The notes beneath the pieces are model-generated. The model saw nothing but the letters and a program-made list of their open reading frames with translations. It searched no databases and was not told the DNA's origin. This document shows positions 1 to 9,898 of a stretch of DNA of 64,000 nt, piece after piece. This stretch comes from Actinomycetota bacterium (GTDB lineage: Bacteria > Actinomycetota > UBA4738 > HRBIN12): NCBI GenBank assembly GCA_040754475.1, contig JBFMCN010000036.1:24801-88800 (forward strand). Reading direction: 5' to 3'. The translations under genes and the position numbers were made by a program. Positions within the stretch are counted from its first letter, which is position 1; each line of letters starts with the position of its first letter.

Positions 1-125
1 TCGCAGTGCCGATGCACTTCGGGTACCTGGCCGGCTCGCCCTCGCAGGCGCCGCTGTTCCGCAAAGCTGCGGCGCCCGTGAAGGTCGAGCTCCTGACCCC
101 CAGGGACCCATTCGAACGCCCGTAG
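1..125 (+). CDS. 3' end of an upstream gene of unknown function (C-terminal 40 aa, stop TAG at 123-125)
   Basis: Open frame running into the window, ending ...LTPRDPFERP*. No recognisable domain in the fragment. Confidence 0.35.
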   Translation, partial: AVPMHFGYLAGSPSQAPLFRKAAAPVKVELLTPRDPFERP

Positions 126-146
126 TTGCTGGGGAGAGGAGCGAGG

Positions 147-1052
147 ATGGCTCTTGGTTACGAGAAGCCCCTGTACGTCTTGGCATTCGACCACCGGGGG
201 TCGTTCCAGAAGAAGTTCTTCGGCGTGACGGGACGGCCGAACGCCGAGGAGACCGCGAGGATCGCGGACGCCAAGATGGTCATCTTCGAGGGTCTGCTTC
301 ACGCGCTCGAAGACGGCGTGCCTCGCGAGTCTGCGGGAGGCCTCGTCGACGAGCAGTTCGGGGCGGGCATCGCGCGGAAGGCGAAGGCCGAAGGCCTCAC
401 GTTCGCCATGCCGGTCGAGAAGAGCGGCCAGGACGAGTTCGACTTCGAATACGAGGAGGACTTCGGAGCACACATCGAGGAGTTCGACCCGACTTTCACC
501 AAGGTGCTCGTCCGGTACAACCCGGAGGGCGACGCCGACATGAACGCCAGGCAGGCGGCGAGGCTGAAGCGCCTGTCCGACTGGCTCCACCAGCGCGGCC
601 GCATGTTCCTGTTCGAGCTCCTGGTTCCAGCCGAGCCCCACCAGATCGAGGCCGTCGGTGGTGACGAAGCCGGGTACGACACGGATGTGCGTCCGGGGCT
701 CATGAGGAGGACGATCGCCGAACTGCAGCAGGCCGGCGTCGAGCCCGACATCTGGAAGATCGAGGGGATCGACCGGCGTCCGGACTGCGAGGCGATCGCC
801 GAACAGACGCGTGCCGACGGACGGGACAGAGTCGCCTGCGTTGTCCTGGGCCGCGGCGCGGACGACGACGCGGTCGATCACTGGCTGCGAACGGGCAGCG
901 GGGTCCACGGCTACATAGGCTTCGCCATCGGCCGGTCGATCTGGTGGGACCCGCTGATGGCGCACGTCGAGGGCCGGGCATCGCGGGGCGAGGCGTCCAA
1001 CCAGATCGCCGCCAACTACCGCCGTTTCATCGACGTGTATGAGAAGGGCTAG
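147..1052 (+). CDS. DUF2090-like TIM-barrel protein (putative sugar-phosphate aldolase, IolC-associated family)
   Basis: ORF 126..1052. ATG at 147 has SD GGAGAGGAGCGAGG. N-term KPLYVLAFDHRGSF resembles the DUF2090/aldolase family. Family recalled from memory, no search run. Confidence 0.5.
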   Translation: MALGYEKPLYVLAFDHRGSFQKKFFGVTGRPNAEETARIADAKMVIFEGLLHALEDGVPRESAGGLVDEQFGAGIARKAKAEGLTFAMPVEKSGQDEFDFEYEEDFGAHIEEFDPTFTKVLVRYNPEGDADMNARQAARLKRLSDWLHQRGRMFLFELLVPAEPHQIEAVGGDEAGYDTDVRPGLMRRTIAELQQAGVEPDIWKIEGIDRRPDCEAIAEQTRADGRDRVACVVLGRGADDDAVDHWLRTGSGVHGYIGFAIGRSIWWDPLMAHVEGRASRGEASNQIAANYRRFIDVYEKG

Positions 1053-1066
1053 GCGAGGAGGGCAGA

Positions 1067-1270
1067 ATGGCAATCATCAAGACGATCGACGTGGTGGGTG
1101 TGTCGGAGGAGTCGTGGACGGACGCCGCCCACCAAGCGCTCAGCGAAGCGGCCAAGACCATACGCCACATAGAAGGGATGGATGTCCTCGGGACGTCGGC
1201 CATCGTCGAGGAGAACAGGATCAAGGAGTACCACGCCCACGTCCAGATCCGATTCCGCCTCGAGCGGTAG
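1067..1270 (+). CDS. dodecin family flavin-binding protein (67 aa)
   Basis: MAIIKTIDVVGVSEESWTDAA...HAHVQIRFRLER matches the dodecin fold signature. GGAGGG SD 6 nt upstream. Confidence 0.8.
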   Translation: MAIIKTIDVVGVSEESWTDAAHQALSEAAKTIRHIEGMDVLGTSAIVEENRIKEYHAHVQIRFRLER

Positions 1271-1322
1271 CCCGGGTCGGCTGTTCCGCCCTGCTTGGCC
1301 TGCCGGATAGACTTGTGGCGTC

Positions 1323-2597
1323 ATGCCGGCCGCGATCGTCATCGGGACTCAGTGGGGAGACGAGGGGAAGGGCAAGGCCGTCGACGAGCTTGCCGCGGGA
1401 ATGGACTTCGTCGTCCGTTACCAGGGTGGCAACAACGCCGGCCACACAGTCGTCGCCCAGGGCCGGGTCCTGAGGCTTCACCTGGTCCCCTCGGGGATCC
1501 TCTACCCGCACGTCACGTCGGTGATCACAGACGGTGTGGTCGTGGATCCGCGCGTCCTGCTCGAGGAGATGGACACGCTGGCCGGTCTCGGCATCGACGT
1601 CTCGCGTCTGGTGGTTTCCTGCAACGCGCATCTGATCATGCCCTACCACCTGGAGCTCGAGAGGCTGACCGAGCGATTCCTCGGCAAGAACGCGATCGGC
1701 ACTACGAAGCGGGGTATCGGTCCGGCCTATGCAGACAAGGCCGCCAGGATCGGGATCCGCGTGCAGGACCTGTTCGACCCGAAGATCTTCCGCGAGAAGC
1801 TCGACGTGGTTCTGAAGGAGAAGAACCTGGTCCTCACCAAGGTGTACAACCGCCTCCCCCTTGCGGTCGAGGGGATCATCGAGGACTACATGGGCTTCGC
1901 GGATCGCATGCGTCCGCACGTGGCCGACACCTCGAAGCTCCTCTACGACGGTCTTCGAGCCGGCAAGAGGCTCCTTCTCGAGGGAGCGCAGGGGACGCTC
2001 CTCGATCTGGACCACGGGACGTACCCATTCGTGACTTCGTCGAACCCGCTGGCCGGTTACGCGCTCGCCTCGGCGGGCATCGGGCCGCGGGAGGTCGAAC
2101 GCGTGATCGGAATCGCGAAGGCGTACGTCACCCGCGTCGGCGCCGGCCCCTTCCCGACGGAGGACACGGGCCCCGACGGTGAGCGGCTCGGCGAGGTGGG
2201 GCGGGAGGTCGGTACGACGACGGGACGCAAGCGCCGGTGTGGCTGGTTCGACGCCGTCGTCCTGCGCTACTCGGCACGTCTGAACGGTCTCACCGAGCTC
2301 TTCCTGACCAAGCTCGACGTCCTGTCGGGGTTTTCGGTGGTGAAGGTCTGCGTGGCCTACCGGACGAACGGCGAGATCTGTGAGGACTTCCCACCACATC
2401 AATCGCTCTTCCACCGCGCCGAGCCCGTGTACCAGGAGTTCGAGGGTTGGGAGGAGGACATAGGCGGCACCCAGTCCTTCCGCGACTTGCCGGACGCCGC
2501 GCGCGCGTACGTCGAGCGCCTCCAGGAGCTGGGTGGCGTACGCATCGGCGTCGCTTCCGTCGGACCGGCCCGCGAGCAGAGCCTCCTGGTCCCGTGA
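1323..2597 (+). CDS. purA: adenylosuccinate synthetase
   Basis: N-term VIGTQWGDEGKGK P-loop, GGNNAGHT and TTGRKRRCGWFD motifs. 424 aa. Confidence 0.95.
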   Translation: MPAAIVIGTQWGDEGKGKAVDELAAGMDFVVRYQGGNNAGHTVVAQGRVLRLHLVPSGILYPHVTSVITDGVVVDPRVLLEEMDTLAGLGIDVSRLVVSCNAHLIMPYHLELERLTERFLGKNAIGTTKRGIGPAYADKAARIGIRVQDLFDPKIFREKLDVVLKEKNLVLTKVYNRLPLAVEGIIEDYMGFADRMRPHVADTSKLLYDGLRAGKRLLLEGAQGTLLDLDHGTYPFVTSSNPLAGYALASAGIGPREVERVIGIAKAYVTRVGAGPFPTEDTGPDGERLGEVGREVGTTTGRKRRCGWFDAVVLRYSARLNGLTELFLTKLDVLSGFSVVKVCVAYRTNGEICEDFPPHQSLFHRAEPVYQEFEGWEEDIGGTQSFRDLPDAARAYVERLQELGGVRIGVASVGPAREQSLLVP

Positions 2598-3871
2598 GGG
2601 TCCTCGTCGTCGGCGGTGGAGGTCGGGAGCACGCTCTGATCTGGAGGCTCTCCCAGAACCCCACCGTCGACCGGCTGTACGCGGCTCCCGGCAACGCCGG
2701 GATCGCCAGCGAAGCCCTGTGCCTGCCGGTCGCGGCCGATGACATCCCCGGCATCGTCGATCTGGTGGAGCGTGAGGGGATCGACCTGACGGTGGTAGGT
2801 CCTGAGGTGCCGCTCGTTGCCGGGCTCGTGGATGAGCTGGAGTCGGTCGGTCGGCGCGTGTTCGGCCCAACGAAGGACGCCGCGCGGATCGAGGGCTCCA
2901 AGGCGTGGACCAAGGAGCTCTGCGAGCGGTACGGGATTCCGGCCGCCGCGTCGCGCACGTTCTCGGACGTCGCATCCGCCGTCGAGTACCTGGATGCCTT
3001 CGATCCGCCGTACGTCGTCAAGGCGGACGGCCTTGCGGCCGGCAAGGGCGTGGTGATCGCCGAGGACGGGCCGGTCGCCATCGGGGCGATCGAGGCGTGT
3101 TTGGTGCACGGGGCGTTCGGCGAGGCGGGCGCGAAGGTCCTGATCGAGGAGCACCTGACGGGCCGCGAGGTCTCGGCGTTCGCACTCACCGATGGGCGCG
3201 ACGTCCTCCCCCTCGTGATGGCCCAGGACTTCAAGCGCGTGGGGGACGGGGACTCGGGACCCAATACCGGCGGCATGGGTTCGTACTCGCCGGTCCCGTT
3301 CGTCGACGAACGGACTGAGGCGCGTATCTGGGACGAGATCGTGTCTCGCGCCGTTCGAGCTATGGAGTCCGAGGGCGTGCGCTATCGCGGCATGCTTTAC
3401 GCGGGGGTCATCCTCACGGACGAAGGACCGAAGCTGCTGGAGTTCAACTGCCGGTTCGGCGACCCAGAGACGCAGGCGATCATCCCGCGCCTTCGCTCGG
3501 ATCTGGGGGAGCTCCTCCTAGCCTGCGTAGAAGGGAACCTCTCCAACTACCGGGCCCACGTCGTTCCGGATGCCTGCGTGACGGTCGTGGTCGCGTCGGG
3601 CGGGTATCCGAGCGGGTACAGGACCGGCTTCGAGATCCGAGGGCTCGAGGATGCGGAAGCCCTCGAGGGCGTAGTCGTCTTTCACGCGGGGACGGCCGAG
3701 CAGCAGGGTAGAGTTGTCACCGCGGGGGGGAGGGTCCTTGGAGTGAGCGCCGTCGGCCGGACGCTGGCCGAGGCCAGGGCCCGCGCCTACGCGGCCTGTT
3801 CCCTGATCGAGTTCGAGGGGATGCACTACAGAAGGGACATCGCGCAACGCGCGGCCGAGGAGGGCGGGTGA
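2594..3871 (+). CDS. purD: phosphoribosylamine--glycine ligase
   Basis: VRVLVVGGGGREHALIWRL N-terminus. GTG start overlaps the purA stop (GTGA). ATP-grasp motifs present. Confidence 0.9.
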   Translation: MRVLVVGGGGREHALIWRLSQNPTVDRLYAAPGNAGIASEALCLPVAADDIPGIVDLVEREGIDLTVVGPEVPLVAGLVDELESVGRRVFGPTKDAARIEGSKAWTKELCERYGIPAAASRTFSDVASAVEYLDAFDPPYVVKADGLAAGKGVVIAEDGPVAIGAIEACLVHGAFGEAGAKVLIEEHLTGREVSAFALTDGRDVLPLVMAQDFKRVGDGDSGPNTGGMGSYSPVPFVDERTEARIWDEIVSRAVRAMESEGVRYRGMLYAGVILTDEGPKLLEFNCRFGDPETQAIIPRLRSDLGELLLACVEGNLSNYRAHVVPDACVTVVVASGGYPSGYRTGFEIRGLEDAEALEGVVVFHAGTAEQQGRVVTAGGRVLGVSAVGRTLAEARARAYAACSLIEFEGMHYRRDIAQRAAEEGG

Positions 3872-4341
3872 GCGATCAAGCGCCGATGGTCGGGGTCCTT
3901 GTCGCGTCTCCGGCCGAGCTGTCGGTCATGCAGCAGGCGACAGCGATCCTCGAGAAGCTGGGGGTCGCCCACGAGATCCGCGTCGTGTCGGCGGCGCGCA
4001 ATCCCGATCTCGTCGACGAGTACACGCGCACGGCGTACGAACGCGGGCTGAAGGTGCTGATCTGCACCACCGGCATCTCGGGTCACCTTGCGTCGGCGGC
4101 TGCGGCCAGGACCGTGCTACCGGTGGTAGGTGTGCCCGTGGCCTCCGAGCAGATGGGCGGCGAACAGGCGCTCTACGTCACTGCCCAGATGCCGAGCGGG
4201 GTCCCCGTTGCGACGGTCGGCGTCGACGCAGCGGTGAACGCTGCCATCCTCGCGGCCGAGATCGTCGGCGTCGGCGACGCCGAGGTGCAGGCTCGCCTGT
4301 GGAAGTTCAAGGACGACCTTGCGGAGGGGCTCAGGCTGTGA
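3868..4341 (+). CDS. purE: 5-(carboxyamino)imidazole ribonucleotide mutase / AIR carboxylase catalytic subunit
   Basis: MVGVLVASPAELSVMQQA...PVVGVPV PurE signature. GTG start overlaps the purD stop. Confidence 0.9.
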   Translation: MSDQAPMVGVLVASPAELSVMQQATAILEKLGVAHEIRVVSAARNPDLVDEYTRTAYERGLKVLICTTGISGHLASAAAARTVLPVVGVPVASEQMGGEQALYVTAQMPSGVPVATVGVDAAVNAAILAAEIVGVGDAEVQARLWKFKDDLAEGLRL

Positions 4342-4375
4342 GCCCCTGCTGCGCCCGGTCCGAAGGGACCCTCGC

Positions 4376-5689
4376 GTGATCCCCCGCTACACGCTGCCCG
4401 AAATGGACGAGATCTGGTCCGACGAGGCCCGGTTCGGCCGCTGGCTCGAGATAGAGATCCTGGCCGTGGAGGCCTGGGCGCGCCTTGGCAGGATTCCCGA
4501 GGACGACGCCCAGGAGGTCCGGGAGCGTGCGTCGTTCACCGTTGAGCGGGTCCTGGAGCTCGAGCAGGTCACCCGGCACGACGTCGCCGCGTTCGTGCAG
4601 TGCGTGGCCGAGTCTGTTGGCCCCGCCGGTCGCTGGATCCATTTCGGCATGACGTCCTCGGACGTCCTCGACACAGGACTCGCGCTACAGCTGCGCTCGG
4701 CGACCGATCTGCTCCTCAGGCGGCTCGAGCGTCTCCTCGCCGTCGTGAAGCGGTTGGCGCTCGAGCACCGTGAAACACCGATGATCGGAAGGACGCACGG
4801 CGTGCACGCAGAGCCGACGAGCTTCGGACACAAGCTCGCCGTCTGGGCTTTCGAGCTCGACCGCGGCCGCGAGCGACTTCGGCGGGCGCGCGAGGGCATC
4901 AGCGTCGGGAAGCTCTCGGGTGTGGTCGGCACGTACGCACAGCTCGATCCGCGGATAGAGGAGGACGTCTGCTCGAAGCTCGGGCTGCGGCCGGCGGAGG
5001 CTTCGACCCAGATCCTGCAGCGTGACCGCCATGCCGAGTACTTGGCGGCACTTGCGCTCCTCGCCTCTTCGCTCGACAAGTTCGCCACCGAGATTCGGAA
5101 CCTCGCACGCACCGAGGTTCGAGAGGTCCAGGAGCCGTTCGCCCCCGGGCAGAAGGGCTCGAGCGCAATGCCCCACAAGCGGAACCCCGTGATCTGCGAG
5201 CGTGTTTGCGGACTGGCGCGCGTGGTCCGAGGGAACCTCCAGGCGGCGCTCGAGAACATCGCGCTCTGGCACGAGCGCGACATCTCGCACTCTTCGGCCG
5301 AACGCGTGATCCTTCCCGATTCGACGATGGTCCTGGACTTCATGCTCAAGGACTTCACCGATGTGCTCGAGGGGCTCCGCGTGTTCCCCGAGCGGATGCG
5401 CAAGAACCTCGAGGTCGGCGGCGGGCTCGCCTTCTCGCAGACCGTGCTGTTGGCGCTCATCGGCAGGGGTCTCTCGCGCGAGGACGCATACCGGATCGTG
5501 CAGTCGGCGGCTGCTGCCGCCTGGGACCGGGGCGCGAGCTTCCGGGAGCAGGTGGCCGCCGACCCCGACGTGGTCGGGCTGGTCCCGCGGAACGAGCTCG
5601 AGGCGCTCTTCGATCCATCGCGGTTCCTGCGCAACCTCGACGGCGTGTTCGATCGGCTGGCTGGCCTTCCCGCGGGTGAGGAGACATGA
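4376..5689 (+). CDS. purB: adenylosuccinate lyase
   Basis: IPRYTLPEMDEIWSDEARF N-terminus and fumarate lyase signature GSSAMPHKRNP. GTG 4376 chosen inside ORF 4319..5689. Confidence 0.9.
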   Translation: MIPRYTLPEMDEIWSDEARFGRWLEIEILAVEAWARLGRIPEDDAQEVRERASFTVERVLELEQVTRHDVAAFVQCVAESVGPAGRWIHFGMTSSDVLDTGLALQLRSATDLLLRRLERLLAVVKRLALEHRETPMIGRTHGVHAEPTSFGHKLAVWAFELDRGRERLRRAREGISVGKLSGVVGTYAQLDPRIEEDVCSKLGLRPAEASTQILQRDRHAEYLAALALLASSLDKFATEIRNLARTEVREVQEPFAPGQKGSSAMPHKRNPVICERVCGLARVVRGNLQAALENIALWHERDISHSSAERVILPDSTMVLDFMLKDFTDVLEGLRVFPERMRKNLEVGGGLAFSQTVLLALIGRGLSREDAYRIVQSAAAAAWDRGASFREQVAADPDVVGLVPRNELEALFDPSRFLRNLDGVFDRLAGLPAGEET

Positions 5690-6636
5690 GCGACACCGTG
5701 AAGCTCCACGCCCAGGGTAAGGTCCGGGACGTCTACGACGCGGGAGAACACCTGCTGCTGGTCGCGACCGACCGCATATCCGCGTTCGACGTCGTCCTTC
5801 CGAACCCTATCCCCGACAAGGGACGTGTCCTGACCGGGATGTCGCTGTTCTGGTTCGAGCGAACGAAGGACATCGTCGGCAACCATCTGATCTCGGGCGA
5901 CCGCCGGGACCTTCCCGAGCCCTTCCGCAGCGAACCGTCGCTTTCCGGGCGAGCGACGCTTGTGAAGAGGGCGAAGGTCATCCCCGCGGAGTGCGTGGCG
6001 CGTGGGTACCTGGCAGGTTCGGGTCTGAAGCAGTACCTGGCCGAGGGCCACGTGTGCGGCGTTCCGCTTCCTCCGGGCCTGAGGGAGTCCGACCGGCTGC
6101 CGGAGCCCATCTTCACGCCGACGACCAAAGCGGCCGAGGGTCACGATCTGCCGCTCACATTCGAGCAGACGGCCGACCTCGTAGGTAGGGGACTTGCAGA
6201 GAGGCTCCGGGAGCTCACGATCGCGCTCTACGAGCTCGGAGCCGAGATCGCGCTCGAGCGGGGAATCATCATCGCGGACACGAAGTTCGAGTTCGGGTTC
6301 GCGGAAGGGGAGCTGATCCTGGTCGACGAGGCGCTCACGCCGGATTCCTCCCGACTGTGGCCGGCCGACGGATACTCGCCCGGCCGGTCGCAGTCGTCCT
6401 TCGACAAGCAATACGTGCGCGACTGGCTAGATGCGAGCGGGTGGGACCACGAGCCGCCGCCTCCGGAGCTGCCCGCCGAGGTCGTGGCCAAGACCTCCCT
6501 CAAGTACCGCGAGGCGTTCGAGCGGATCACGAGGGAGAAGTTCGACCACTACCGGCACCGAATGGGCGTCATGAGCGATAGGGATTGGGAGTCGTGCGCG
6601 GTCGACCTCGAGCGGCTGCGAAGGGAGCATGCATGA
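5686..6636 (+). CDS. purC: phosphoribosylaminoimidazole-succinocarboxamide synthase
   Basis: KVRDVYD...LLLVATDRISAFDVVL SAICAR synthetase motifs. ATGA overlap with purB. Confidence 0.95.
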   Translation: MSDTVKLHAQGKVRDVYDAGEHLLLVATDRISAFDVVLPNPIPDKGRVLTGMSLFWFERTKDIVGNHLISGDRRDLPEPFRSEPSLSGRATLVKRAKVIPAECVARGYLAGSGLKQYLAEGHVCGVPLPPGLRESDRLPEPIFTPTTKAAEGHDLPLTFEQTADLVGRGLAERLRELTIALYELGAEIALERGIIIADTKFEFGFAEGELILVDEALTPDSSRLWPADGYSPGRSQSSFDKQYVRDWLDASGWDHEPPPPELPAEVVAKTSLKYREAFERITREKFDHYRHRMGVMSDRDWESCAVDLERLRREHA

Positions 6637-6914
6637 GGTTCCGCTGCCGCGTCGAGGTTGAGCTCAAGCCGGGCCTCCTGGATCCGCAAGGAAAGGCGGT
6701 CGAGGGATCGCTCCCGGCGATGGGCTGGACGAACGTCTCGAACGTGCGTATCGGAAAGGCGATCTGGATGGACGTAGAGGCCTCAGACGAGCAGACGGCG
6801 ATCGCCCGGGTGCAAGAGATCGCCGAGCGACTGCTGTCGAACCCGGTCATCGAGCGGTTCGTGGTCCGCAGCGTGGAGGAGATCCCTCGCCTGACCTTCG
6901 AGGACCACGCGTGA
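6633..6914 (+). CDS. purS: phosphoribosylformylglycinamidine synthase subunit PurS
   Basis: MRFRCRVEVELKPGLLDPQGKAV... is a typical PurS. ATGA overlap with purC. Confidence 0.85.
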   Translation: MRFRCRVEVELKPGLLDPQGKAVEGSLPAMGWTNVSNVRIGKAIWMDVEASDEQTAIARVQEIAERLLSNPVIERFVVRSVEEIPRLTFEDHA

Positions 6915-7618
6915 GTCGCAGACCGCGGATCGGGGTCGTTACGTTTCCCGGGTCGCTCGACGACCGGGACGCGCGCCGAGCCGTCGCCGCCATGGGGGGC
7001 GAAGGGGTGCCCCTTTGGCACTCCCACAGCGATCTGCAGGGCGTCGACGCGGTGATCCTTCCCGGCGGGTTCTCCTACGGCGACTATCTGCGGACCGGCG
7101 CGATCGCTCGCTTCGCGCCGATCATGGAAGAGGTGCGCACGTTCGCCGATGCAGGCGGTCCGGTCGTGGGGATCTGCAACGGCTTCCAGATCCTGTGTGA
7201 GGCGCAGCTCCTCCCGGGCGCACTGATCCGCAACCGGCAGCTGCGCTTCGTGTGCCGGTTCGTGGACGTCCGCGTCGAGACCTCGCTCTCTCCACTTACC
7301 GAGGGGCTGGTGCCCGGCGAGGTGCTCACCGTTCCGGTGAAGCACGGCGAAGGGCAATTCGTCGCCGGCGCCGAGGAGCTGGATCGGATCGAGGGTGAGG
7401 GACTCGTCGTGTTCCGGTACTGCGCCCCCGACGGCTCGTTCGACGACGAGCACAACGTCAACGGCAGCCTCGACTCGATCGCCGGCGTCCGGAACGAGGT
7501 GGGAAACGTCGTTGGTCTGATGCCTCACCCGGAGCACGCTGTCGATCCCGATGTCGGGCCGACCGGCGGGCAGCCTATGCTGGCTTCTTTGCTGTCGTAC
7601 GCCCTCGCCCGGGTGTAG
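6911..7618 (+). CDS. purQ: phosphoribosylformylglycinamidine synthase I (glutaminase subunit)
   Basis: IGVVTFPGS...GICNGFQ class I glutamine amidotransferase motifs. GTGA overlap with purS. Confidence 0.9.
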   Translation: MSRRPRIGVVTFPGSLDDRDARRAVAAMGGEGVPLWHSHSDLQGVDAVILPGGFSYGDYLRTGAIARFAPIMEEVRTFADAGGPVVGICNGFQILCEAQLLPGALIRNRQLRFVCRFVDVRVETSLSPLTEGLVPGEVLTVPVKHGEGQFVAGAEELDRIEGEGLVVFRYCAPDGSFDDEHNVNGSLDSIAGVRNEVGNVVGLMPHPEHAVDPDVGPTGGQPMLASLLSYALARV

Positions 7619-7623
7619 CGACG

Positions 7624-9849
7624 ATGCCTTCCGATCAGCCCCTTCACCGCGCGCTCGGCCTCACGGACGAGGAGCTCGAGGCGATCCGGACGACACTCGG
7701 ACGAGAGCCGAACCCGAACGAGCTGGCGATGTACGGGGTGATGTGGTCCGAGCATTGCTCCTACAAGAGCTCGAAGATCTACCTCCGCACCCTGCCGACC
7801 GAGGGCCGGCACGTCCTCGTCGGGCCCGGGCAGGACGCCGGCGCCATCGACATAGGCGACGGCCTGGCGGTCGTGTTCAAGATGGAGTCGCATTCGCACC
7901 CAAGCGCCATCGAGCCGTATCAGGGCGCCGCCACGGGTGTGGGGGGCATCGTCCGCGACATCGTCGCGATGGGGGCGCGTCCGATCGCGTTGCTGGATCC
8001 GTTGATGTTCGGACCGCTCACAGAGGAGCGGAACCGATGGCTCTTCGAGGGCGTTGTCGCCGGTATCGGCGGATATGGGAACTGCATCGGGGTTCCGACC
8101 GTCGGCGGCGAGGTGCACTTCGCCGAGCCTCACTCGACCAACCCTGTTATCAACGTGATGTGCGTCGGGGTAGCCTCCGCCGACGATCTGGTGACGGCCG
8201 CCCGGGAGGTACACGAGGGGTCGCTCATGGTCCTGATCGGCGCGGCGACCGGCCGCGACGGGATCGGCGGCGTGTCCGTGCTGGCCTCACGGACGATCGA
8301 AGAGGATGCGGCCGAGACGCGCCCGAGTGTGCAGATCGGCGATCCCTTCGCCGAGAAGCTGCTCATCGAGGCATGTCTGGAGCTGGTGCGACGAGATCTG
8401 CTGGAGGGCCTGCAGGATCTCGGCGGCGCCGGACTCACTTGTGCTGCAAGCGAATCGACGGCTCGTTCCAGGATGGGCTCGGAGATCGATCTGGATGTGG
8501 TTCCGCTTCGGGCACCGGATCTGGAGATCTGGGAGATCCTCACGAGCGAGTCGCAGGAGAGGATGCTGGCGATCGTTAGCCCCGACCGGCTGGCGGACGT
8601 CCGCGAGGTCTGCACGAAGTGGGGACTGGCCTCCTCGGTGATCGGGAAGCTGGTGGCCGGCGGGGGCCTTGCCGTCCGGAAGGGCGGTGAGGTCGTCGCC
8701 CAGGTACCGGCAAGGTCACTCGCAGACGAGGGGCCGATCTACGAACGGCCGGCGCGGCAACCCCGGGGGTTGGACGAGCTCGAGCAGGACGATCCCACGT
8801 TCTCGACGGTGAAGGCGTCGCCGCTGGATTCGTTCCTCACGGTCCTGGCCTCGCCCAACGTCGCCTCGAAACGGTGGGTGTGGGAGCAGTACGACTTCCT
8901 CGTGCAGGGTGGGACGGTGGCCGGTCCCGGAGCGGACGCGGCGATAGTCCGGATCGAGGGGGCGCTGAAGGCTCTCGCGCTCTCGACCGACGGCAAGGGG
9001 CGCTTCGGGCATCTGAACCCGTACCTGGGGGCTGCACACGCGGTCGCGGAGGCGGCGCGAAACGTCGCGGTGATGGGCGCGACACCGCTTGCGATCACGA
9101 ACTGCATGAACTTCGGCAACCCTGAGCGGCCCGAGGTCATGTGGCAGTTCGCCGAATCGGTTCGTGGGATGGCCGATGCCTGCAGTGCGCTGGAGACGCC
9201 TGTGACCGGCGGTAACGTCAGCTTCTACAACGAGTCCGGCGACTCGTCGATCTGGCCGACGCCGGTGATCGGCATGCTTGGGCTGATCGAGGACCACCGG
9301 CTGCTGGTGCGTCCCGGCTTCACCGGTCCGGGTCTCGTCGTCTACCTGCTCGGCGAGACGTTTCCCGAGCTGGGGGGCTCCGAGTTCGCAGAGGTGGTGC
9401 TCGGCAAGGTGGCGGGACGGGCGCCGGCGCTCGACTTCGACAGTGAGAGGGCGCTCCACCGGGTGCTCATCGAAGGCTCACGCAAGGATCTCCTCGCGTC
9501 CGCGCACGATTGCTCCGAGGGCGGGCTCGCCGTCGCCCTTGCGGAGTCGGCGATCACCGGCAACGTGGGCTTTGCAGTCGCGCTGCCGGGTGACGTCCCC
9601 TGGTACGTGACGCTGTTCGCCGAGTCGGCTTCGCGAGCGGTGGTCTCGACCACTCTCGAGGCCGCTGCGGCTCTCGAGGCCCTCGCCGAGGAGCATCACG
9701 TTCCCGTCTTCCCCCTCGGCGAGACGGGAGGGCCACGGATGGTCTTCGACTCGCTCTTCGAGGTGACTGTCGAGGAGGCCAGGGCTGTCTATGAGGGGAC
9801 GATTCCGAAGCTCCTTGCCGGCGAAGGTCGCTCGGCCCCCGGATCGTAG
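7624..9849 (+). CDS. purL: phosphoribosylformylglycinamidine synthase II
   Basis: 741 aa. MWSEHCSYKSS, ESHSHPS and AIR-synthase-related repeats are typical of small PurL. Confidence 0.95.
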   Translation: MPSDQPLHRALGLTDEELEAIRTTLGREPNPNELAMYGVMWSEHCSYKSSKIYLRTLPTEGRHVLVGPGQDAGAIDIGDGLAVVFKMESHSHPSAIEPYQGAATGVGGIVRDIVAMGARPIALLDPLMFGPLTEERNRWLFEGVVAGIGGYGNCIGVPTVGGEVHFAEPHSTNPVINVMCVGVASADDLVTAAREVHEGSLMVLIGAATGRDGIGGVSVLASRTIEEDAAETRPSVQIGDPFAEKLLIEACLELVRRDLLEGLQDLGGAGLTCAASESTARSRMGSEIDLDVVPLRAPDLEIWEILTSESQERMLAIVSPDRLADVREVCTKWGLASSVIGKLVAGGGLAVRKGGEVVAQVPARSLADEGPIYERPARQPRGLDELEQDDPTFSTVKASPLDSFLTVLASPNVASKRWVWEQYDFLVQGGTVAGPGADAAIVRIEGALKALALSTDGKGRFGHLNPYLGAAHAVAEAARNVAVMGATPLAITNCMNFGNPERPEVMWQFAESVRGMADACSALETPVTGGNVSFYNESGDSSIWPTPVIGMLGLIEDHRLLVRPGFTGPGLVVYLLGETFPELGGSEFAEVVLGKVAGRAPALDFDSERALHRVLIEGSRKDLLASAHDCSEGGLAVALAESAITGNVGFAVALPGDVPWYVTLFAESASRAVVSTTLEAAAALEALAEEHHVPVFPLGETGGPRMVFDSLFEVTVEEARAVYEGTIPKLLAGEGRSAPGS

Positions 9850-9898
9850 CCGGGCTCGAGGCGGTCGCGTGTCCCCGTCACGGTTCGCCGAGGGGCGA

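Noticed and set aside
1221-2975. 584-aa ORF antisense to purA/purD. Similar long antisense or out-of-frame ORFs: 4387..6411-, 19782..21599-, 27466..29628+, 32188..33345-, 36195..37352-, 47705..49309-, 53168..54556-, 54016..56106+
   Set aside because: Arg/Pro/Gly-rich low-complexity translations typical of stop-poor frames in 70% GC DNA. Each overlaps a gene with unambiguous homology on the other strand or frame.
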